This document shows, piece by piece, positions 24,536 through 34,448 of a stretch of 64,000 nucleotides of DNA. Location: positions 36,828,001 through 36,892,000 of the forward strand of contig OZ076414.1 of the NCBI GenBank assembly GCA_964187785.1, in the 5' to 3' direction. A program made the translations under genes and the position numbers. The DNA is from Amphiscolops sp. MND2022 (taxonomy: Eukaryota). Under the pieces are notes generated by a model. It saw nothing but the letters and a program-made list of their open reading frames with translations. It had not been told where the DNA came from and searched no databases. Each line of letters starts with the position of its first letter. Within the stretch, counting starts at the first letter, position 1.

Positions 24536-25411
24536 ATGTCCGCCGCTGATCCCCCTGATGAGGAGTTATCGTCACTCGGGGAAGTGTCATCGTTGGTTTT
24601 AGCTGCTGAGGGTATCCTGAGTGAAGGTGTTCTAGCGGAGCTGTCGAGTTTGAGCCATTCATCGGATGAAGGAGGACTGCGGACGTCTGTAGAGAGAGTA
24701 TTGGAGGAAGGAGTGAGTCCTTGCTGCCGTTTTGCAGAACGGGTTACCTCAAGCAATGTTGGATCAGCAGTGACATTGTTGGATTTCGCGTTGTCTACTG
24801 AGTTTCGTAAGTACCATTTTTATAGTTTCCATGTAGCTGTTAGTGTTCGTCAGGTTAACTCATCAAGGCAATTGTATGAAAAGGACGCCAATAAGACCAA
24901 GTCAACATATCGGCGTCATTACTTTATGTACTTGTCGGGAGCTATTGCCTTGGGTGGACTAGGTCTGTTGTAATGATGATTGGAATGATTGGTTGACGTT
25001 GTGTTCCAGGGGAGCTGAATTTGTCTGATATCGTCCGTGTGCTGCGTAGCATGCTTCGTCCTGATGCCGCGCATGTTGGTGCATCTACCCGCAGTTCTTT
25101 TGAAACTGGTCGTTGGAACTATGTTGCTGCTTCGTGCAGTAAGTTGTATGTACATTAGTTTCGTAGCTACTTTGTCGGCGTGTTTTGGCGCTGATATTAG
25201 TATATGTAGGGGTGGGTGGTCATCTAGTATTACGGGTGTAATACAGGGTAATCCATTTCCGGTTTGCTTTTTAGGTACGTCGGGTGCTGATTCGACGACC
25301 ATTGACGACGTTACTGCGTCCCTGAAACAGTTGGAGCTTGAGCTAGCCCGTATAACTAAGGCGACTGTGGAATCGACGCTAGGACGTCTGGGCACTGTTG
25401 GAGCTGTATAG
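24536..25411 (+). pseudogene. Spliced ORF fragments, possibly the 5' exons of the cargo gene that continues at 34449
   Basis: ATG 24536 (MSAADPPDEELSS...), donor GTAAGT at 24807, acceptor tttttag at 25274, exon ...LKQLELELARITK; acidic low-complexity content like the first exons at 11802-12540. Confidence 0.35.
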
Positions 25412-25660
25412 TATAGTATAGTATAGGACGAGTTTGTTGGCCAGCTTAAATCGGCCATGCAAGAGGTCTCTTATGCTTGAGTTGCGCCAGCGGGTGGTCT
25501 GGAAGGCGATACTATGGAACTGACAATGACTCCTACTCGGCCGTCCATAGTGCCACGAACTCACTACAGAATCAGTCTCTGCTCTGACTATTCTTTCACG
25601 ATTTAACTCTGATCTTCTGTAACTCTTTGTCGATTCATTCGAATTACTTTCCCTTCCCCA

Positions 25661-26907
25661 ATGCCTGCAACCAGAAGCACTGGTGGAAACAGTGACGACA
25701 CTTCAAAGATGGAAAATACCACTGCTGGTGATGATCTCACAAAAGTGAAACAATCCCGCTCCACTCAACGAGGGGTCGCGACAAAGCTCATGAAGCGCAT
25801 GGACGAACTGCTTCAACAAGCCCAAGATGCAACCGACAACTTGACTGCCGTTCAACAACTTCGTGGTTGCTACGAGAGGTTCGTTGACAAAATTGCTCTT
25901 TTGTCACGGTTGGATCAACAACTGCTCACTCTCTTGCCCGATGACGAACGCTCAGAGGAACAGGACTCTTGCTTGTGTCTCATGGAGGAGCTTCAGGAAA
26001 AGCTAGCGGAGGTGAAGTACGTGGTGCAACGTCCTACCTTGTCTTCTCCACCTGCCGTCACTGGATCAGCTACTCGTGTGAAACTCTCCAAACTTGACCT
26101 GCCTCTGTTCGACGGTAAGTATGCGAAATGGACTTCATTCTGGGATCAGTTCAATGCCTCCGTTGACGCCGAACCTTCTTTGGTCGACTCGCAGAAGCTC
26201 AACTACTTGAAACGTGCACTGCGGGGGGAGGCTTCCAAGGTGATCTCAGAGCTCTCTATAACCGATGACAACTACGCTGCAGCTCGTGCACTTCTTCAAG
26301 CTCGTTTCGAGAACAAGCGATGCATCATGCGAGCACGCTTCCAGTCCCTTCACATCTACCCTGCCCTCAAGATGGAGAACGCAGCTGGTTTGAGGAAGTT
26401 GCAAACAACGATGATGGAACATATTGTGGCACTGCGCAATCTAGGCGTCAATGAAGATCATCTACTGGTCTTTCTCTTTGCTGAAAACCTGGATCAAGAA
26501 ACCAGGGAGCATTGGGAGTTGCATGCACCCAACGAGGTAAATATTTCTGAGTTGCAAAAACTTGATGATCTTCTTACCTTTCTAGAAACTCGTGTTCGCA
26601 CTCTAGAGGTAACTACTCTCAAGTACATCTGAGAGTTCCAAAACCCAGACGAAACCACAATCAACCAACCAATCCTACCTTGGAGCCCAATCGAAACCCT
26701 GTGCAGTCTGCAACACTTCTGGACATCCGATTCACAAGTGCTCAGCCTTTAATGAGATGACAACTGTTCAGAGGTCAGACAAGGCTCGTGATCTGGGTTT
26801 GTGCTTCAACTGTCTCTCTTCTGGCCATCGTCCGAAGTCCTGCCAAAGCAGCAAGACGTGTCGTACATGCAGTAGGAAACATCATAGCTTGCTACACAAG
26901 GATTAGC
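25661..26907 (+). pseudogene. gag: BEL/Pao gag (DUF1759-like) with zinc knuckles
   Basis: LSKLDLPLFDGKYAKWTSFWDQF, SQKLNYLKRALRGEA; after a stop at 26632: CAVCNTSGHPIHKC, CFNCLSSGHRPKSC, CRTCSRKHHSLLH. Confidence 0.9.
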
Positions 26908-26987
26908 AGCCACTGGAACGCAATGGGCTTGTCAACAACTCTACACCCATTGTAACTACTCAAGGTGACCTCAGTACTATTCAAATA

Positions 26988-28446
26988 ATGGCTCGTGACA
27001 GGCATGATAAATGGGTCAACCTGAGAGCACTTCTTGATTCTGGCTCAACGGTGATCGTCATGACCACCCAGGCAGCCCAGCGGCTCGGTCTACCCACAAA
27101 GCGGACAGCAGCGACATACACTTGGATAGCGCGCAGGCGCATGCCTCGTCACTCAGCGGTAGTCACTCTGGACCTGTACTGTCTCTGCAAGGAGCAACTA
27201 CTAACTACAACTGCTCTGGTTCTCAAAACGATCACCTATGATCTACCTTCACAGACCATCAATGCTACTGAACTCACTCAATTAGCTGGTGTGCAAATGG
27301 CCGATCCCATGTTCCACACTCCTGGTCCAAACGATCTCCGCATTGGTATTGATCTTTGTGAATCAATTGTCCTTTCTAACAAGTTTCACCTTCAACCCAA
27401 GCTTTATGCAAGAGAAACCATGTGCGATTGGGTCCTCAGCGGTTCGCAACACTCAACCGCAAGCTGGTTCAGTCAGACCACCTATCTACTGCTTCCGACT
27501 CTTGCTCTGAGCAATCACTTCACGTCGCTCTTGCTCTTCATTCATTATCAACTGATGTCTCTTCTGTCGATCGGCTTTTGACTCGCTTCTGGGAAATCGA
27601 GGAGGTGCCTGGCGCTGGATCGGATCCATGCAATTCACCCCTGAAGAGCTGCAATGCGAAAACTTCTTCACTCAAACGACGTCTAGGACAGCTGATGGGC
27701 GCTACGAAGTGGAACTACCCTTCAACTCAGATGCACCTCCAATTGGTGAAAGCTTCAATCAGGCGAAGCGACACTTTCTGGCACTGGAGAGACGACTCCA
27801 GTCTACTGGTCTCGAACAAAAACTCACTGACTACATCAATGGATACAAGGATGCTGGTCACATGGAACGAGCCCCAACTGAGGATCTCGATAAACCACAT
27901 CATCAAGTTTTCTACCTTCTCCGCCACAATGTGATGAAGGATAGTTCAACACACAAGCTTCGCGTTGTCTTCGACGGCTCCGCAAAGTCTTCGTCTGGCT
28001 GGTCCCTCAACGCCTCAATTCTAACTGGTCCTACTCTGCAAGACAGTTTAACTGATATTTTGCTTAGGTTTCGCTTCCACACAATAGCTCTCTGTGCTGA
28101 GAAGATGTACCGTCAAGTGTGTTTGAAGCGAAGCAGCAGGGACTACCAACGACTTCTATGGCGCGATCAGCCTGGTGAATCAATTGAGGTGTGGCGCATG
28201 ACCCGTGTCACGTTCGGCATTCGATCTTCTGCTCACCAAGCTGTCAAGGCTCTTCAATCTACTGCCCACGAGCATCATCATCCGCTAGCAAGCCCAGTCA
28301 TCCTGCGTGACTTTGTGGTAGATTACATGATTTCTGGCGCCTCTTCACTCAAAGACGCAATCCAACTTCAGGACGCTCTTCAAAAAACCTTAAAATCTGC
28401 TGGCTTCTGCCAATATTCCCGCAGCGGTCCAGCATCTACCTCCTGA
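26988..28446 (+). pseudogene. pol: BEL/Pao protease and reverse transcriptase (frameshifted)
   Basis: LRALLDSGST; KLRVVFDGSAKS, SLNASILTGPTLQ, EKMYRQV, RVTFG, degenerate YVDD (FVVDY). Confidence 0.9.
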
Positions 28447-28552
28447 CCTCCAGGAAGCACCCAAGGCGCACGAATTTCACGACGACAACTACCAAACGAA
28501 AATTCTGGGCGTTCGATGGCTTCCTCTGCTGGATGTCTTCACCTTCACAGTA

Positions 28553-30909
28553 GTGAACAACGTCGATCCCGAATCAATCAAGACTAAACGTCAAACGCAT
28601 TCCGATATTGCAAAGCTATATGATCCACTGGGGTGGTTTTCTCCTCTTGTAATCACTTTAAAGGTCTTAGTGCAACAGACCTGGATAGCTGGAGTAGACT
28701 GGGACGACGAGGTTCCCGCAGCAATCCTCAAAACTTGGCTCTCAGCTCGAAAAGATCTCCCGGCCATCTCAAGCCTTTCTATACCCAGATGTGTGCTTGT
28801 TTCCTTAATTGCACAATCAACAGTGGAGCTGCATGTGTTCTGCGATTCCTCCGAGACAGCATTCAGTGCGGTTATCTACTCTCGTGTTTCATCCAGAGAT
28901 ACCTCCTATTTGGTCAGTCTACCTACTGCTAAGTCAAGAGCGGCTCCCGTCAAGACTCTCAGCCTACCTCGCCTCGAGTTCTCCGGTGCATTTCTAGCTG
29001 CAAAGTTGGTACAGTCAACTACTCTAGCTCTTTCCAAGCTCAGCGTCAACGTTTCTCATGTCAAGGCCTGGACGGATTCTACAATAGTTTTATCTTGGTT
29101 AGCGAGTTACCCAGAAACCTGGGGTTGTTTTGTTGCTAATCGCGTGTCTCTAATTCAAGAACAGGTTGCTCCTTCACAATGGAAGCATGTTCTTTCTGAA
29201 CAGAACCCTGCTGATTGCACTTCACGAGGGAAAACCGCGAAGACCTTCTGGACTTCAACCTGTGGTGGAAGGGTCCTGACTGGCTAGCGCATGATGAAAC
29301 ACCATGGCCTAAACAACCGATTCTTCCAATTGCTGCACCTCCAGAGCGACGCAAGCGTGCAGCTGGCATTTTTCATCTACAACCCAAAGGACATCGGCCA
29401 ATGATTGGAGTTGACCGTTTCTCGAACTTGGACAGGCTTCAGAGAGCAACAGCCTATGTGATGCGATTCATCGACTATTGTTGTGGTTTGGACATAGCCA
29501 AGGGCCCTATGCAACAATCGGAGCTCGTCATGGCACAGCTGAAGCTCCTAGATCTTCGCCAGAAAGAGTATTTTGGCACTGAGCTTGATATACTTCGAGC
29601 GCGCACGCGCAATTATTCTGGACGATTACTCGCACTCGGCCCCTTCTTCGACGAAGAAACATCCATCCTCGGAGTTGGGGGTAGGCTGGCCCAGGGTTCG
29701 TACTCTCCTGACATGACTCACCCAGCACTGGTTGATGACAACTCTCATCTAGCAGTTCTACTCATTCGGAAAGCCCATCGAATTCTTCTTCACGCTTGTC
29801 CCCAAGCCACTCTTTACGAACTCAGATGACAGTACTGGATTCTAGATGGTCCTCGCAGCGTACAGCAAGTGATACGACAATGCACGACCTGTCGTCGCTT
29901 CATGGCAAAGGCTGAGACTCCCTGGATGGCTAACCTTCCCTCAGAACCGATAACACCTAGTCGCCCTTTCACCAGAACTGGTTTAGACTTTGCTGGTCCA
30001 CTACTTATCGAAAGGCCAATGTCTAAGGCAACTCAGAAGGCTTATATTTTAATTTTTGTATGCTTCTCAACCAAAGCTATTCACATTGGGCTAGTTTCAG
30101 CACTCACCACATCCGCATACATTGCCGGTCTCAAGCGGTTTGTGTCTCGACGAGGTCTTCCTTGTACTATCTACTCAGACAATGGTACTAACTTCATTGC
30201 TGCCTGCAACGATTTGACGGCACTGTAGGGACTTCTTAACACGGGCTGCGACTCCTCCTTGACGTCCTACGCAGCGAGCCGAGGTGTTGAATGGGTGACA
30301 ATTCCTCCAAGGTCACCTCACTTTGGCGGTCTATGGGAGGCTGCTGTCAAATGTTGCAACACTTTACACCGACGTGCAATTGGGCAACAGATTCTCACAT
30401 TTGAGGAGCTCTACACAGTTCTCACAAAGATAGAAGCAAGCCTCAATTCTTGGCCTTTGTCCACCATGTCTTCTGATGCCAACGACTCAGCTGTTTTGAC
30501 ACCTGGTCATTTCCTAATAGGTTCATCTCTTCAGTCACTTCCTTCTTCAAAAAGTACTCGGAAGCGCGCTGCAGAACCTACTCTCCAAACTCGCTGAAAG
30601 CTGGTTCAATCAATCATCGACACCTTTTGGGATCGCTGGAGCAAGGAGTTTCTCTCTAACTTTCAGCAACGGACTATGTGGAAGGCTGACTCCCAGCCCC
30701 TCAATGTTTCTGATCTGGTACGCATCAAAGAAGACAAGACACCTCCGCTTCAATGGGCTCGAGGACGCATTCTAGATGTGTACACTAGCAATGATGGAGT
30801 CGCACGAGTAGCTCGACTCAAGACTCTAAGTGGAATCTACAATCGTTCAATTAACAAGCTAATCAGGCTGCTACTAGAAAATGAAATCACGCCTGAGTGT
30901 GACCAATAA
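28553..30909 (+). pseudogene. pol: BEL/Pao RNase H and integrase
   Basis: KLYDPLGW, HVFCDSSETAF, TLSLPRLE, AWTDSTIVL; H...CTTC, GLDFAGP, SDNGTNF, GLWEAAVK, LTPGHFLIG, FWDRWSKEFL. Confidence 0.93.
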
Positions 30910-33698
30910 AAACAATAATCACAAATCTGGCTTCGTCATGACCAACCCATTTCCATTCCCTTGCCTGTGTTTGAATAAAAATTCAGCTGAATATATTTTG
31001 TTGAGTGCGCATACGCGCATCTTACTGACCCTCTGTTATCTATTCAAAATTTGTTTCCTTTTCTCTTTTTTGTTATTTCTCCTCCTGAACTACGCGTTCA
31101 GGGCGGCCTGTGCTTCATACATGTTGCCTGTACTCAACTATGGTAGTAAACAATGCGTGAATCAAAAACATTGATGGTGGTGTCAATATATTTCCCTTTG
31201 TATTCATCTATAATACAATCTCAACGGTACAAAAAAACTTACTACTCTGAAAGTCTCTTGGAGTTGTCCCTACAGAACCGCCTCTTCCTCTTTGGCAACC
31301 TTCTCCCTTTGGATAGAGACAACTTGCTGGACCCTTGCGTTGTTGGACGAGTGAACTCATCATCTGTCTTGCTCTGACTGTCCATTCTCACTCACTTCAG
31401 AAGCGCCTGTGTTCTGGATGTCTCAGTATCGTCGTCGATAGAAACATCAACAGTCAACAAATAAGAATGCACAATTGACGCAGCGCAGTGCGCACAACCA
31501 GGAGGCAAGTAGATCACTTCTCCAGGCCTCTGAACGCAACACATGACACCTCTTGGAAGACGACGTTTAACCCTGTTTGCCCATGTGAGGACATCGCGCT
31601 TCGTGGATCGCAACAACTCCACCAGGTTCCGCTGCCCACTCGCCACGAACCAGAGCTTACAACCGTGTTGCAGGTGAGACCACGAAGCCCTGGTACGGGG
31701 ACGCAGATCAGCATACCACTGGCTGAAGGACAGCCCACTCTGCTCATTCGGAAAGCCCATCGAATTCTTCTTCACGCTGGTCCCCAAGCCACTCTTTACG
31801 AACTCAGACAACAACACTCGATTTTAGATGGTCCTCGCAGCGTACAGCGATTGATACGACAATGCACGACCTGTCGTCGCTTCATGGCAAAGGCTGAGGC
31901 TCCCTGGATGGCTAACCTTCCACAGAACGGATAACACCAAGTCGTCCTTTCTTCAGAACTGGTTTAGACTTTGCTGGATCACTACTTATCGAAAGTCCAA
32001 TGTCTAAGGCAACTCAGAAGCCTCATATTGTCATTTTTGTATGCTTCTCAACCGAAGCTATTCACATTGGGCTAGTTCCAGCACTCACCACATCCGCATA
32101 CATTGCCGGTCTCATACGGTTTGTGTCTCGACGAGGTCTTCCTAGTACTATCTACTCAGACAATGGTACTAACTTCATTGGTGCCCGCAACGAATTGACG
32201 GCACTGTAGGGACTTCTTAACACGGGCAGCGACTCCTCCTTGACGTCCTACGCAGCGAGCCGAGGTGTTGAATGGGTGACAATTCCTCCAAGGTCACTTC
32301 ACTTTGGCGGTCTATGGGAGGCTGCTGTCAAACATTGCAAGACTTTACACCGACGTGCGATTGGTCAACAGGTTCTCACATTTGGGGAGCTCTACACAGT
32401 TCTCACAATGATAGAAGCAAGCCTCAATTCTCTTCCTTTGTCCACCATGTCTTCTTATGCCAACGACTCAGCTGTTTTGACACCTGGTCATTTCCTAATA
32501 GGTTCATCTCTTCAGTCACTTCCTTCTTCAAAAAGTACTCAGAAGCGCGCTGCAGAACCTACTCTCCAAACTCGCTGGAAGCTGGTTCAATCAATCATCG
32601 ACACCTTTTGGGATCGCTGGAGCAAGGAGTTTCTCTCTAATTTACAGCAACGGACTAAGTGGAAGGCTGACTGATCTGGTACTTATCAAAGAAGACAAGA
32701 CACCTCCGCTTCAATTGACACAAGGACGCATTCTAGATGTGTACACTGGCAATGATGGGGTCGCACGAATAGCTCGACTCAAGACTCTAAGTGGAATCTA
32801 AAATGGTCCAGTTAACAAGCTAATCAGGCTGCTACCAGAAAATGAAATCACGCCTGAGTGTGACCAATAAAAACTATAATCACAAATCTGGCTTCGTCAT
32901 GACCAACCCATTTCCATTCCTTTGCCTGTGTTTGAATGAAAATTGAGCTGAATATATTTTGTTGAGTGCGCATACGCGCATCTTACTGACCCTCTGTTAT
33001 CTATTCAAAATTTGTTTCCTTTTCTCTTTTTTGTTATTTCTCCTCCTGAACTACGCGTTCAGGGCGGCCGGTGCTTCATTCATGTTGCCTGTACTCAACT
33101 ATGGTAGTAAACAATGCGTGAGTCAAAAACATTGATGGTGATGTCAATATATTTCCCTTTGTATTCATCTATAATATAATCTCAACGGTACAAAAAAACA
33201 TATTACTTTGAAGGTCTCTTGGAGTTGTCCCTACAAACTGCCTCTTCCTCTTTGGCAACCTTCTTCTTTGGATAGAGACGACTTGCAGGACCCTTGCGTT
33301 GTTGGACGAGTGAACCCATTATCTGTCTTGCTCTGTCTGTCCATTCTCACTCTCTTCAGAAGCGCCTGTGTTCTGGATGTCTCAGTATTGTCGTCGATCG
33401 AAACATCAACAGTCAACAGAGAAGACTGCACAGTTGACGCAACGCAGTGCGCACAACCAGGAGGCAAGTAGATCACTTCTTCAGGCCTCTGAACGCAACA
33501 CATGATACCTCTTGGAAGACGACGTTTAACCCTGTTTGCCCATGTGAGGACATCGGGCTTCCTTGATCGCAACAACTCCACCAGGTTCCGCTGCCCACTC
33601 GCCACGAACCAGAGCTTACGTCCGTGTTAAAGTTGAGACCACGAAGCCCTGGCACGGGGACGCAGATCAGCATGCCACTGGCTGAAGGACAGCCCACT
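29758..33698. repeat. Diverged tandem duplication (~1.98 kb: 29758-31739 and 31740-33698) covering integrase, 3' UTR and the 3' half of the JmjC gene
   Basis: Junction cagcccact|ctgctcattcggaaagccc at 31739/31740; copies differ by many substitutions and a ~21-bp indel near 32672. Confidence 0.92.
31260..31739 (-). pseudogene. Partial duplicate of the JmjC gene (HxD mutated to YxD; 5' half absent)
   Basis: SFSQWYADLRPRTRASWSHLQHGCKLWFV...VQRPGEVIYLPPGCAHC; stop at 31392. Confidence 0.8.
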
Positions 33699-34109
33699 GT
33701 TCCACATCAACTGAGCGTCAACTAGCTTGCAATGGGACCTTTTTGCAGCGTCGATATCGAACGAAATGTCTTGCAGAGCCTGAAAATAGTCAGCTTCGTC
33801 GTTCTTCGGATATCCTCCCTTCAAGAAGACTGTACTCTCCAGATGCTCGCTGCCATGATGAGTGTTCGCAAAATCGAATGAAGCTTCAATCATGGACTGG
33901 CTTGAAGCAGCTGTCGTCACTCCTTGTATGACATCATCAGTGTACCTGACAACTGGACCCCCAATCAACGCTGGCTCCTTTGCTGTGGCTTCCACCTCCG
34001 TCACAGTACATCGCCTGAGACGATGATCCGCTATGGCTTCGCTGATCACCCGCTCGAAAATAGCGAAGGCTCCGGAAACGTTCGAAACTGTTTGGTTTTT
34101 CAATGACAT
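33231..34109 (-). pseudogene. JmjC-domain 2-oxoglutarate/Fe(II) oxygenase gene (~292 aa, one in-frame TAA at 33627-33629)
   Basis: ORFs 33627-34109 and 33231-33605 are in one frame; motifs WHAD (HxD), W-x4-GRKLWF, VQRP(E/G)EVIYLPPGCAHCV (distal His); the other copy has CAA (Gln) at the stop position. Confidence 0.85.
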
Positions 34110-34170
34110 TTTGGTCTGAAACTCATTTACAAGTTATATACTTTGCACCAGTGTTGCAAGGCGGCCGGTA

Positions 34171-34448
34171 TGTTCACTGATTCAATTATGTTTACAAACT
34201 TTTTTATTTGATTGACACTCACATGATACAAAAAGTGCATATATTGATTAATGTATCTGTTTACATACTTGAAGATCTGAAGAACTCATAATTGACTGGT
34301 GTTGTATGTAAATACTCCATTCTTTAACCGTACTCCTGAACTTTCTCACTTTTTTATAAAAACCACCACGGCAGCAAGCACCTTGAATTCATTATTGCAA
34401 CATTAACAGTTTTCATCTTAGTTCAACAGTTTAGTTGATCACTAAACA
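34171..34448 (+). repeat. 3' LTR of the BEL/Pao element (278 bp)
   Basis: Starts TGTTCAC right after GGCGGCCGGTA, ends CTAAACA; no second copy in the window. Confidence 0.65.

Larger units (their letters stand above)
25574..34448 (+). mobile_element. Element 2: BEL/Pao LTR retrotransposon carrying an antisense JmjC gene; 5' LTR/PBS missing
   Basis: BEL-type gag, three Cys/His knuckles, PR-RT-RH-IN with BEL signatures, terminal CAAGGCGGCCGGTA then TGTT...AACA LTR. Left boundary approximate. Confidence 0.9.

Noticed and set aside
25406-25425. (GTATA)4 microsatellite
   Set aside because: Ordinary slippage expansion that disrupts a degenerate frame.
25569-25573. gaatc / ggatc (34449-34453) as TSD of the BEL element
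   Set aside because: One mismatch, and the 5' LTR is missing, so the left flank is not an original integration boundary.
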